Counted from the first letter of the stretch, positions 27,647-36,764 are shown. The stretch: 64,000 nt of DNA from an uncultured Acidimicrobiales bacterium (GCA_964533595.1 CAZHMP010000002.1:5000-68999), one strand, 5' to 3'. Program-made: numbers and translations. Notes: generated by a model not told the origin, from the sequence alone.

Positions 27647-27759
27647 TCATCTGCAGTCTTCCGATCGGCGTCGCTCGTCGGGATTTCTCCCCCGATCGGG
27701 CTAATGGCAAGCGGGCGGAGTACGGGTCTTCCATTTGCTGATCGAAAGACTGCAGATGA
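27647..27759 (-). other. Structured intercistronic RNA element in the mraZ-rsmH spacer (20-bp long-range helix)
   Basis: Arms 27647-27666 and 27740-27759 are complementary at 19 of 20 positions. The single non-Watson-Crick position is a G.U wobble in the minus-strand (mRNA-sense) RNA but a C.A mismatch in the antisense. The enclosed loop holds a second pair of CCGATCGG palindromes (27661-27668, 27692-27699). Confidence 0.6.
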
Positions 27760-27842
27760 TCGGTATGAGTCGGTCTTCTCTGTGGTGGGTCCTTTCGTTT
27801 GGTTTGATCTCGGGTACTGACTGTGTGAGCGGTGATTTGTTG

Positions 27843-28280
27843 TCAGGCTCCTCCTATTCCGAAGCCTCGCTCGATGGCATTTGTCAACTTCTCGGACCGT
27901 GTCGACGCTCTGTTCTGCCAGCGCTCCCGGTCCCACACCTCGACTCGTTTGCCCGCTCCCACGACCACGACTTCTTTGGCCAACCCGGCTGCATCGAGGT
28001 GTTCCGGCCTGATTCGAATTCGGCCCTGCGAGTCGAGTTTCACCTCGGCAGCGCTGCTGGTGAACTCGCGATGGGCATCAAGATCAACGTTCCCGGGCCC
28101 AATGCGACTCTCGAGGCGCTCCGACATTTCTTCGAAGTCGGATCCAGGAAGAAGGGCCAAGCAAATGTCGAACGACGTTATGTAGGCACCGTCGGCGAGT
28201 TTCGATCGAAACGAGGGAGGCAGTATGAGGCGTCCCTGGCCATCGATTCTGTAGTCGTACCTTCCGACGAATATCGCCAT
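27843..28280 (-). CDS. mraZ: Transcriptional regulator MraZ
   Basis: FVGRYDYRIDGQGRLILP and a second SpoVT/AbrB-like repeat (KLDSQGRIRIRPEH). The ATG at 28280 is preceded by GGAAAGGGGTGGAG; a GTG at 28286 is an alternative. Confidence 0.9.
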   Translation of the reverse strand: MAIFVGRYDYRIDGQGRLILPPSFRSKLADGAYITSFDICLALLPGSDFEEMSERLESRIGPGNVDLDAHREFTSSAAEVKLDSQGRIRIRPEHLDAAGLAKEVVVVGAGKRVEVWDRERWQNRASTRSEKLTNAIERGFGIGGA

Positions 28281-28341
28281 CTCCACCCCTTTCCTTCTCG
28301 ATCACGGATGACGCTCGAGCCACCCCGTCTCACGCAGGAAT

Positions 28342-28397
28342 CTCCCGCTTCTCCCCTATCGGCTCCTATTTGCTCCATATTTACCCCAAATCTCCCA
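28342..28397 (-). promoter_or_regulatory. Six phased (T/A/C)GGRG direct repeats - candidate MraZ operator
   Basis: The minus strand reads TGGGAG-TGGGGT-(-10)-TGGAGC-AGGAGC-AGGGGAG-CGGGAG, with GG starts spaced 9, 11, 10, 10 and 10 nt apart. The array overlaps the promoter spacer and the first ~35 nt of the leader. Confidence 0.45.
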
Positions 28398-28406
28398 TTT
28401 AGGCAA
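28378..28406 (-). promoter_or_regulatory. Candidate sigma-70-type promoter of the dcw operon: TTGCCT-N17-TAAATA
   Basis: Read on the minus strand, TTGCCT (28406-28401) is followed by a 17-nt spacer and TAAATA (28383-28378). It sits ~95 nt upstream of the mraZ start, in the most AT-rich stretch of the window. Confidence 0.45.
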
Positions 28407-28518
28407 TAGTTATCTCCACTTTGAGCGCGAGCGAACATGCGTTCGTTGGAATTGTCGCTACCAGTGACCAAGGGCGCGGCCGAACGCACCCCTGGCGGTC
28501 ATAAGGGCAAGATCGCGC

Positions 28519-29238
28519 CTAGTCGGGCAGGTTGGTGAGCATCTCCCGGGCAAGCGCCGCGCCGTCGAACTCGAACGAAGCGACCAAATCTGTGACCTCA
28601 GCGAGGCACGCTCGTCGAATCTCCGGATCCATGGCCAACGATCCGACCAGTGTCTCGGGTCGCCAAACTCTGTGAATCAGGGTCTGAATTCTCGTCCAAT
28701 CCCGACTTCGCCTTTGACTCAACCCCATGACCTTGCGTCCCGATGCAAGCACCTCGCCCGGGCCGACGCCAGCAAAGCAAACTGCTCGAGACCACGTGGT
28801 GTGCAACGAACGACCGTGGTGCACAGACGTTTTCTCGAAACCCGACGACTCGAGCGTGACCGCCCACAACTCGCCAACCCAATTGGCGGCCGCCACGATG
28901 TCGTCGTCCCACAAAGGATCACCGCGGGGTACGAGGAAATCCAGCCAAAGATGCTCACCGGGGACGATCAAGACAGCCCCGCCGCCACTGCGTCGCTTGG
29001 ACACTGACAATCCTTCTTCGCGAGCTCGATCCATGTCGACCTCTTCCATGGACTGCGAGCTTCCCAATGCGATCGCCGGAGCCGTGGGCAACATGATCCT
29101 CACCGTTCGTGCAGCATTTACAGGATCGCTCAAACCATGAAGCTCGTCGACGGATCCTGATTCGGTGATGACCTGCCAGCCACGTTCGGTTCGCACATTC
29201 CTGGACACCGAGGGATTCGCCACAGCGTCAGAGCACAC
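28519..29238 (-). CDS. Lipoate/biotin protein ligase family (BPL/LPL catalytic domain) protein
   Basis: SVSKRRSGGGAVLI matches the RRxSGGGAV motif of LplA/LipM-type enzymes. At 239 aa it has no accessory domain. The start is uncertain (a GTG at 29223 is possible). Confidence 0.7.
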   Translation of the reverse strand: MCSDAVANPSVSRNVRTERGWQVITESGSVDELHGLSDPVNAARTVRIMLPTAPAIALGSSQSMEEVDMDRAREEGLSVSKRRSGGGAVLIVPGEHLWLDFLVPRGDPLWDDDIVAAANWVGELWAVTLESSGFEKTSVHHGRSLHTTWSRAVCFAGVGPGEVLASGRKVMGLSQRRSRDWTRIQTLIHRVWRPETLVGSLAMDPEIRRACLAEVTDLVASFEFDGAALAREMLTNLPD

Positions 29239-29500
29239 CGTGGCGACGGCGAGTTCGCTGATTCTCGGCCCGACACCATTGCAACCAGGTGATCAGATCG
29301 TGAGAGTCGACACTGTGATCGGCATCGCCGTACTGCGTTTCGATCCTGAAGTTCATCAGCGAACGGTCGGGCAGAGGCAAGAAGGGCCGCCGAGACCACC
29401 AACGCGACGGGATCAGCCGAACTGTCTCCACAGCTGCGGTCACCCACAACGAAGGCCGGCCAAGAACCGCCAACAGAGCCCTCATCCAGCCGGACCGCAT
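29228..29500 (-). CDS. Hypothetical small protein
   Basis: The ATG at 29500 lies 1 nt after the ROK stop. The 90-aa product MRSGWMRALLAVLGRPSLWV... has one hydrophobic segment and no recognised family. Confidence 0.4.
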   Translation of the reverse strand: MRSGWMRALLAVLGRPSLWVTAAVETVRLIPSRWWSRRPFLPLPDRSLMNFRIETQYGDADHSVDSHDLITWLQWCRAENQRTRRRHGVL

Positions 29501-29501
29501 C

Positions 29502-30371
29502 TCAGGAGACTCCCACGTCGATGCCGATGCCCCGAAACCCAACGGCGGCGGCTCCGATCAACGGGCCGTCGGCACCCAGTCCCGCAGGCAAAACTCGAGT
29601 GCCGCGTGAGTGGTCGAGTTGAGCCACGCGATCGACCTCGGCTTGTGCGGCAGCGAAGAAGGGCTCGCCGAATCCGAGAGCCACGGATCCGGCCACCACA
29701 GCAAGTGTGAGGTCGAGCAAGTTGGCCACCGACCCGATGGCGCGACCAACAAGAGTGCCGGCCCGTTCGATCTCGCGAGCGTCGGCGTCGGCAGCAGGCC
29801 GGCCCGTTCGAAACGCGATCGCGGTTCCCGAGGACTCGGCCTCGAGCACTCCCCGGACATGCGCAGGCAAATCGGTGCCTTCCGGCTCAACGACAATGTG
29901 ACCAATGTGACCGGCGTTGCCATCCGATCCATCGAGGAGGCGGCCATCGAGAACGATCCCACCACCGACGCCAGTGGACACGACCATGGCTATGTAATTC
30001 TGGACCCCCTGGGCCGCCCCGCGCCAGCCTTCTCCAAGTGCGAGGGCCTTGGCATCGTTGTCGATGAAGGTGGTGAGCCCGGTGGTCTCTTCCAATCTCG
30101 ACAACAAGGGAAATTCCCGCCAGACCCCAATGTTGAGTGGCGAAACCGTCTTGCCTCCGGCTTGCATGGGGCCACCGCATCCGACTCCGCACACTTCCAC
30201 GCCTTCCAGATCGACCGCAGATGTCAACTCAATGAGCCGTTGGAAGAGTTCGTTCTGGTCGGCCGCACCGGTGGAGGCGGCTCGCCGACGTTGGCTCAGC
30301 TCCCCCGAGTCGTCAACTACGGCGACCTCAATTTTGGTGCCTCCAATATCAATCGCCAGAGCCCGGGACAT
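29502..30371 (-). CDS. ROK family sugar kinase
   Basis: ALAIDIGGTKIEVAVVD (ATP-binding motif) and GNAGHIGHI. The usual CxCGxxGC zinc motif is replaced by LPAHVRGVLE. Confidence 0.85.
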   Translation of the reverse strand: MSRALAIDIGGTKIEVAVVDDSGELSQRRRAASTGAADQNELFQRLIELTSAVDLEGVEVCGVGCGGPMQAGGKTVSPLNIGVWREFPLLSRLEETTGLTTFIDNDAKALALGEGWRGAAQGVQNYIAMVVSTGVGGGIVLDGRLLDGSDGNAGHIGHIVVEPEGTDLPAHVRGVLEAESSGTAIAFRTGRPAADADAREIERAGTLVGRAIGSVANLLDLTLAVVAGSVALGFGEPFFAAAQAEVDRVAQLDHSRGTRVLPAGLGADGPLIGAAAVGFRGIGIDVGVS

Positions 30372-30430
30372 GCATGGAAATCTACGCGCCGTGCCGAGCG
30401 TCGCGCTACCGCGTAAAGTTTGCCGAACCG

Positions 30431-31462
30431 ATGCCGCCCGGAGGCCATGTGACCACCATCGACGAACACGTCCCCCACAACGGATCAGGAGACGAATCCT
30501 CTGAGATCTCAGCCACCGATCTCACTACTCACCTGGCCGCTGTTCAAAGCAATGTGGAGCAGGTGATTCAAGGCAAGCGCGATGTTGTCCATCTGTTGGT
30601 ACTTGCTCTGGTGTGCGAAGGTCACGTTCTCATCGAGGACGTACCCGGCGTGGGAAAAACCACGCTGGCCAAGGCTCTTGCGCGCAGCGTAAACGGCCGT
30701 TTCGGACGTGTTCAGTTCACGCCGGATCTGCTGCCTTCCGATGTCACCGGCATGTCGGTGTGGAATCGAGCTACCAGCACCTTCGACTTCCGACCCGGCC
30801 CTGTGTTCGCCGACATTTTGCTGGCCGATGAGATCAATCGTGCCTCACCCAAGACCCAGTCCGCTCTGCTGGAAGCCATGGCGGAACGTCAGGTCACCAC
30901 CGACGGTGCGACGCATCCACTCGGCTCGTCATTCATGGTGATCGCCACTCAAAACCCGATTGAACACGAGGGGACCTACCCACTCCCCGAGGCTCAGCTC
31001 GACCGGTTCTTGATGCGAATCGGGGTGGGATACCCGCAACGAGATTCGGAACGACTCATGCTTGCCACGCATGCGGGCACTGGCGATGGTGCTGAGGCGC
31101 TGCAGCCCGTCACGAGCGCCGAAACGATGGCAGCCGTGTCCGAGGCCATCACCAAGATTCATATCGCTCCCCCTCTCGCCGAATACCTCCTCGACCTGGC
31201 CGACGCAACACGCAGACATCGGTCGCTGGCTCTTGGCCTCTCACCCCGTGGTCTGCTCGATCTCCAACGCGCCGCGCGTGCCCAGGCCGCATCGCAGGGT
31301 CGTGCCTTCGTGATCCCTGACGATGTGAAGGCTCTCGCTCCGTTCGTGATCCCCCACCGCTTGATCGTGTCACCTGAAGGCACCCTGCGGGGGATACGTC
31401 CAAGTGACGTGTTGGCCGAGATCCTCGACGGAGTTCCCGTTCCCCGACCAGAAGCCCGCTGA
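30431..31462 (+). CDS. moxR: MoxR-family AAA+ ATPase
   Basis: HVLIEDVPGVGKTTLAKALA (Walker A), ILLADEINRASPKTQSALLEAM (Walker B / sensor) and VIATQNP. The start is uncertain (ATG 30431 or GTG 30449). Confidence 0.9.
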   Translation: MPPGGHVTTIDEHVPHNGSGDESSEISATDLTTHLAAVQSNVEQVIQGKRDVVHLLVLALVCEGHVLIEDVPGVGKTTLAKALARSVNGRFGRVQFTPDLLPSDVTGMSVWNRATSTFDFRPGPVFADILLADEINRASPKTQSALLEAMAERQVTTDGATHPLGSSFMVIATQNPIEHEGTYPLPEAQLDRFLMRIGVGYPQRDSERLMLATHAGTGDGAEALQPVTSAETMAAVSEAITKIHIAPPLAEYLLDLADATRRHRSLALGLSPRGLLDLQRAARAQAASQGRAFVIPDDVKALAPFVIPHRLIVSPEGTLRGIRPSDVLAEILDGVPVPRPEAR

Positions 31463-31463
31463 C

Positions 31464-32627
31464 ATGCCAACCCTGGCAGGACGAGTCATTTTCCTCGGAG
31501 GCCTGTTCGTCGCTGTTTCAGGTCGCTTGTTCGGGCCACTGGAGTTCATCGTCATTGGATCAGTCGCCGTCGTGGCGGTGGCGATTGCCGTTCTCATCAG
31601 ACGGGTCCGACAATCCACACTGAGCATTTCGCGACAACTTTCGAGTTCGCGTGTTGAAGCCGGCCAACCAATTCGCGTCGACTTGCACTTCAACAACATC
31701 GGCGCATATTCCACCTCCCTGCTCCGCGTGAACGACTCGATCAGCAACACTCGCGGCGTTCGTCTCTCGCTGGCCCCTATCGCCGCCGGCACAACCACCG
31801 TCGCCGCCTATCGACTGCCGACCACCCGACGCGGCGTCATCCAACTGGGCCCCATTGCCGTCGACGACGTCGATGCCGCAGGGTTGGCGAAGCGCGGGCA
31901 GGTGTACGAAAGCAAGGCAACCCTTCTGGTGCATCCCCATATCGAGCCAGTTCCGGAGGTCCGAATTCTCAGCGGCCACGACCCGATGATGGGCGACCAG
32001 CAAAGGCAAGCACTCGGCATCACCGACGAGGAATTCGATGGATTGCGTGAGTACCAACCCGGTGACGATCTCCGAAAGGTCCACTGGGCCTCGTCGGCGC
32101 GTCACGATGAGTTGCTGGTGCGACAGTTCCAGCCGCCCCGGCACGGCCGTGTGACTTTGGTGATCGACACGCGACCGCCTGGCGATGTCGACGAGGTGCT
32201 CGACATCACCACATCAATCGCCGCTTCCATCGCTTCGTCAGTGCTGAGCGCAGGAGATTCGGTGCGGATCCAGACCACGGAGGGGCGCTCCACCGAAGTG
32301 TTGAGTGGCGCACACAATCTTCTCGCGGCATTGGAGTTTCTGGCGCTTCTCGACTCCGGGGCGGCCGAGATTCACCAATCAATTCCGGCACTGGGCGGCC
32401 GGGTGGTCGTCATAAGCCCCGACACACAACTCGTGGAGAATTCCGAGCGCCGCGAGGGGCTCGCACGGAGGCTCAACTCATCGGCACTCATCACCATCGA
32501 CCACGACGAGTGGGGTCGGTCGGGGAAGGCCATCGTCGGCGGTCAGGGATGGAGCCACCTCACCGGTCCGGGACAGATTGCTCAGGCTTGGGTGGATCTT
32601 TGGAGCAGAAGGCCGGTCTCGGCATGA
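31464..32627 (+). CDS. DUF58 domain-containing protein
   Basis: Two N-terminal TM helices and the DUF58 hallmark FDGLREYQPGDDLRKVHWASSAR. The ATG lies 1 nt after the moxR stop. Confidence 0.85.
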   Translation: MPTLAGRVIFLGGLFVAVSGRLFGPLEFIVIGSVAVVAVAIAVLIRRVRQSTLSISRQLSSSRVEAGQPIRVDLHFNNIGAYSTSLLRVNDSISNTRGVRLSLAPIAAGTTTVAAYRLPTTRRGVIQLGPIAVDDVDAAGLAKRGQVYESKATLLVHPHIEPVPEVRILSGHDPMMGDQQRQALGITDEEFDGLREYQPGDDLRKVHWASSARHDELLVRQFQPPRHGRVTLVIDTRPPGDVDEVLDITTSIAASIASSVLSAGDSVRIQTTEGRSTEVLSGAHNLLAALEFLALLDSGAAEIHQSIPALGGRVVVISPDTQLVENSERREGLARRLNSSALITIDHDEWGRSGKAIVGGQGWSHLTGPGQIAQAWVDLWSRRPVSA

Positions 32628-34963
32628 CGCCACAAAGAATCTCCGGCATCGCGGCCGAGATATCCCTCACTGCACTGTCGATCGCGGCCATCGTGAGCCT
32701 CGAGCGGCTGTTCGTCGACACCTCGTTTGTGGGACGAGTTGTGATTCTCATAATCGGTTCACACTTGGTGAGTGCCGCCACACGTCACTTCGGGCTCGGG
32801 ACCCCCAGCTCGGTACTGGTGGGCACCGTCACGTTCATCGCGGCATTCACCGCAGTGCTCTACCCCGAAACCTCGCGTTTGTTCATCCCCACCAGCCAGA
32901 CGCTCGACGCCCTCGGGACCGATCTCTCCGACGCCTGGGCGATTTACACCGATCAATCCGCTCCAGTCGTGGCCGCTCCGGGATTCGTGGCGGTGCTGGG
33001 GGCGGCGGGTTGGTGGTTCGCCCAATTGGCCGACTGGGCCGCGTTCAGGCTCAAGTCGCCCGTGGAGTCACTGATACCGGCGGCATCATTGTTCGTCTTC
33101 GGCGCTCTGATGGGCGTGAACAAACACGAGATTATCCACGGCGCCACATTTGCCGCTGCTGCCGCAGCGGTGTTGCTGTCTCTGAGAGCTGAGCGTCAAA
33201 CGCGTGAAGAATCGTGGGCCGCAGGGGGTTCGCGCCGCGGGATTTCTGCCACGTTCAGGGTCGGGGGTGCTGTGGCAGCCATCGCCGTGTTGGGCGGTGT
33301 TGTGGCCGGGCCGCTCGTTCCGGGATCGAGCGACGGAGCGATCGTGGATTTTCGAGAGATCACCGGAGGGTCGCAGTCGAGGACGGTCGTCAGCCCACTG
33401 GTTGAGATATCCACGTCGCTCGTCGAACAATCCAATTTCGAGATTTTCTCGGTCGCAGTCGACGAAGCCGACCGCGATTACTGGCGCTTGATGGCGCTCA
33501 ACACCTTCGACGGAAACATCTGGCGTCGGTCTTCGAAGTTCGACGACGTGCGTGGCCCGGTCGGCTCCGATGTAGACCCGTCGGTGCATCGCAAGACCGT
33601 CACCCAGACCATCACAACCCGTCGGCTCGGCAACATATACCTGCCTGCCGCCTATGAAGTCTCCCAAGTCACCGACTCCGGTGGAGTCCGGCTCGAATAC
33701 GAAAAAGCCACCGGCGCACTCGTCGTCAAGGAAGAGGACCAGCGCAAGGCCGAAGCGGGGTTCGTCTACACGATCGAATCAGCGGTTCCCGATTTCGACC
33801 CGGCGAGCCTCCCTGCCGACTCGACAACCGGACTCGATCCCGATTTCGTCGCGGAGAACACTGCACTGCCACCGGCGTGTGGCGAAAACGAGTCGGCCGC
33901 CACCGACCATTGCTGGCCTACTTCGGTAAACGACCTCGCACGCCGCATCACCGAAGGCGCCACCACCGATCACCAGCGAGCCCTGCTGCTTCAGAACTAC
34001 TTCCTCGACCCCAACCGCTTCACCTACGATCTCGACGTGGCGCTCCACGAGAACGTCGCTGATGTTGAGGACTTTCTTTTCAAGGTGCAGCGCGGCTACT
34101 GCGAGCAGTTCTCATCCACATTTGCCGCCATGGCTCGTTCGCTCGGTATCCCGGCACGCATTGCGGTTGGGTTCACGTGGGGTGACTGGAACGAAGCTCG
34201 TGGTGAGTATGTGGTGAGCGGGCGGCACGCCCATGCTTGGCCGGAGATCTACTTCGCCGGAGCCGGGTGGGTTGCATTTGATCCGACGCCCGGCCGGGCA
34301 CGCCCGGCCGACTCCGACGTCACAGGGCTGCAAGAAGCTCAGTTCGGTCACAACGACGGCACCAATCGTCAGACCTCCACTTCCGCCGGTCCGGCTCCCA
34401 CCACCACTCGGGCCGGTTCAATCGCCAACGGCGACGGGGCCAGCGATGGCAGTGGTCTCTCGGCGTTGCGGGATCCGACCCAAACGGACACAGTGTCCGG
34501 GACGACCTCCGAGACGGGCAGCGGCGGATCTCGCTCGCCGGTTCCCCTGATGGTGATTGCCGCCATCCTGTTGGCAATTCTTGCGGTGCCGATCGAAAGA
34601 AACGTCCGGCGGCGCGTTGCCGCCGGACGAGTGGCCGATGATTCAGCGGCACGAGGCGAGTGGGCGTTCGACCGGTCTGTGCTCTCACTTGGCCTTCTCG
34701 GCATCGAATACCACCCGCACGAGACTCCCAACGAGTTCGAGATTCGAATCGGTCGTGAATGGCCACAGAGGGTTCCTGGTGTCCATGAACTAGTGAGGGC
34801 GATCACTGTGCTGCGCTACGGACAACCGACAGATCCCGCCACCATCGCCAATGACGCCGCCGACGCCGCCGAGAAGATCTCGAGCTATTGCCGTTCCACC
34901 GTTGGCAACCAGAAACTGGTGCTCCACTTTCTCGACCCCCGCAGGGTCGGGATCATGAGCTGA
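32624..34963 (+). CDS. Transglutaminase-like membrane protein (TgpA-type)
   Basis: Multi-TM N-terminus, then the transglutaminase core GYCEQFSSTFAAMARSLGIPARIAVGF...HAWPEIYF...GWVAFDPTP (Cys-His-Asp) and a C-terminal TM plus DUF4129-like tail. The ATG forms an ATGA overlap with the DUF58 stop. Confidence 0.85.
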   Translation: MTPQRISGIAAEISLTALSIAAIVSLERLFVDTSFVGRVVILIIGSHLVSAATRHFGLGTPSSVLVGTVTFIAAFTAVLYPETSRLFIPTSQTLDALGTDLSDAWAIYTDQSAPVVAAPGFVAVLGAAGWWFAQLADWAAFRLKSPVESLIPAASLFVFGALMGVNKHEIIHGATFAAAAAAVLLSLRAERQTREESWAAGGSRRGISATFRVGGAVAAIAVLGGVVAGPLVPGSSDGAIVDFREITGGSQSRTVVSPLVEISTSLVEQSNFEIFSVAVDEADRDYWRLMALNTFDGNIWRRSSKFDDVRGPVGSDVDPSVHRKTVTQTITTRRLGNIYLPAAYEVSQVTDSGGVRLEYEKATGALVVKEEDQRKAEAGFVYTIESAVPDFDPASLPADSTTGLDPDFVAENTALPPACGENESAATDHCWPTSVNDLARRITEGATTDHQRALLLQNYFLDPNRFTYDLDVALHENVADVEDFLFKVQRGYCEQFSSTFAAMARSLGIPARIAVGFTWGDWNEARGEYVVSGRHAHAWPEIYFAGAGWVAFDPTPGRARPADSDVTGLQEAQFGHNDGTNRQTSTSAGPAPTTTRAGSIANGDGASDGSGLSALRDPTQTDTVSGTTSETGSGGSRSPVPLMVIAAILLAILAVPIERNVRRRVAAGRVADDSAARGEWAFDRSVLSLGLLGIEYHPHETPNEFEIRIGREWPQRVPGVHELVRAITVLRYGQPTDPATIANDAADAAEKISSYCRSTVGNQKLVLHFLDPRRVGIMS

Positions 34964-34965
34964 GA

Positions 34966-35355
34966 TTACGATTCGGGTGGGCGTTCCGGCCGGTTGAACC
35001 GATCCCGCATCTTGGCTCCGGCCCCGCCCATGGCGTTCTTGATCGACCCGCCTCGCATCGAGTGCGTCATCTGATCGAGGCCTGCCTTGCCCAGTCGACG
35101 GGCGTTGCGTTCGAATATCAACACGCTCGCCAACATGAGAAGGAATCCGCCAAACGAAACGATGTAGCTGACCGACAGCAACGCCACCATCAACACCACG
35201 CCGGCGATGAAACCGAGCGTGGCCCACTTCATGTTGCGAAACGCGTGGGTGTAGACGGTGGTCTTGGATACGTCGTGTACGAGCTTTGGATCAGACTCAT
35301 AGAGATGCTGCTCGATCTCAGTGAGGATTCGCTGCTCGTCCTCGGACAGGGGCAC
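34966..35355 (-). CDS. DUF3040 domain-containing membrane protein
   Basis: PLSEDEQRILTEIEQHLYESDP followed by two TM helices is the DUF3040 pattern. I chose the GTG at 35355. Confidence 0.75.
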   Translation of the reverse strand: MPLSEDEQRILTEIEQHLYESDPKLVHDVSKTTVYTHAFRNMKWATLGFIAGVVLMVALLSVSYIVSFGGFLLMLASVLIFERNARRLGKAGLDQMTHSMRGGSIKNAMGGAGAKMRDRFNRPERPPES

Positions 35356-35471
35356 CTTGGTTCCTCTCGCCGGTCTTCCCTTGCTGAAACAGTGTCGCAC
35401 AACAGGAACCGCCTAACAACGCGCGGTCTTCCCGAGACGGGCGTGAATCGCCATTTCTGTTGGGCTGATCA

Positions 35472-36764
35472 CTATTTCGAATTGTTGTCTGCAGTTGGTC
35501 CCCATGCCGCGTCGCCGACTTTCTTGTTGGCGATTCGCCCCGATCGCGAGAGCGTCGAAGCGCGCCCAATGGCGTCACCGCCAAATTTCCCGCGTATCTC
35601 GTCGACGACCGGATCGGTGGTGTCTCTCGTCGAATTGTCGAGATCATCGAGGCTGAGCTGGCGAACCTTCGAGCTGGCAAGTTGGCTGACGCTGACCCCC
35701 AGCAGTCGCACCCCGGGGCTCACGTCGATGCTCTCGAGCATTGTCGCGGCCGCGTCGGTGATCGCTCCGGTGCCGTCGATCGGTTGTGGAACTGTTGATG
35801 ATCTCGTGATGGTGGTGAAGTCGCCAAACCTGATCTTGATGCTCACCGTTCGTCCCATTTGACCACTCGTTCTCAATCGCGCCGCCACTGCGTCGCTCAT
35901 TCTGACCAGTTGCTGTCTGAGGCTTTCCAAATCGAGGAGGTCGCGAGCAAAAGTTTCTTCGTGACCAATCGATTTCATTTCCCTACCGACGACAACCGGC
36001 CGTGTGTCAATGCCGTTGGCCAGCAGATGCAGGTGCCGTCCCTGCGCCGAGCCAAGTGCCGCCACGATGTTCGACTCACGCTGGTCGGCAAGATCACCCA
36101 CCGTCTCGATGCCCATTCGAGACAACTTGGCCCCGGTTGCCGGACCCACACCCCAAAGTCGTCGAACCGGCAGCGGCCTCAAGAACTCGAGTTCGTCTCC
36201 GGCCGGGACCACGAATACTCCGCGACCGAACTCTGGACCACTCGCGGTAGGGCGTGGCTTGGCACCGTCAGTAGCCAGCTTCGCCAGAAACTTGTTGGAG
36301 GCCACACCAACCGAGGATGTGAGTGATTCTTCGTCGAGGATTCTTTGGCGAATCGCCACGGCTACATCCTCAGGCTTGCTCACTCCGTGCAAGGCTCCAC
36401 GAACATCGAGAAAGGCCTCATCGAGAGACAGCGGTTCTATCAGAGGCGTGAAGTCGGCCATGATCGCCATGATTCGCGACGAGACCTCGCTGTAATGCGC
36501 GTGGTCGCCGTCTATGAACACCACATCTGGACACAATCGTCGAGCACGGCTCGATGGCATCGCGGAATGAATTCCAAACGATCGTGCCGCGTAGCTAGCT
36601 GCTGCCACCACCCCGCGGTCACCTGTGCCGCCCACCACCACCGGCAGACCCTGAAGTTCTGGACGACGTCGGATCTCGACTGAAGCAAAGAACGCGTCCA
36701 TGTCGACGTGCAGAAATCCGAGAGTTCCGTCCGGTGGTGCGCCCTCTGTCAGTTCCTCGCTCAC
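35472..36764 (-). CDS. dinB: DNA polymerase IV
   Basis: FLHVDMDAFFASVE, SLDEAFLDV and the little-finger domain. The GTG at 36764 forms a GTGA overlap with the NUDIX stop. Confidence 0.93.
   Translation of the reverse strand: MSEELTEGAPPDGTLGFLHVDMDAFFASVEIRRRPELQGLPVVVGGTGDRGVVAAASYAARSFGIHSAMPSSRARRLCPDVVFIDGDHAHYSEVSSRIMAIMADFTPLIEPLSLDEAFLDVRGALHGVSKPEDVAVAIRQRILDEESLTSSVGVASNKFLAKLATDGAKPRPTASGPEFGRGVFVVPAGDELEFLRPLPVRRLWGVGPATGAKLSRMGIETVGDLADQRESNIVAALGSAQGRHLHLLANGIDTRPVVVGREMKSIGHEETFARDLLDLESLRQQLVRMSDAVAARLRTSGQMGRTVSIKIRFGDFTTITRSSTVPQPIDGTGAITDAAATMLESIDVSPGVRLLGVSVSQLASSKVRQLSLDDLDNSTRDTTDPVVDEIRGKFGGDAIGRASTLSRSGRIANKKVGDAAWGPTADNNSK

Noticed and set aside
35400-35471. Possible intrinsic terminator after dinB (GGAAGACCGC...GCGGTTCC followed by TGTTGTG on the minus strand)
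   Set aside because: The stem is interrupted by a 2-nt bulge and the trailing T-tract is weak. This is too marginal to report as a feature.
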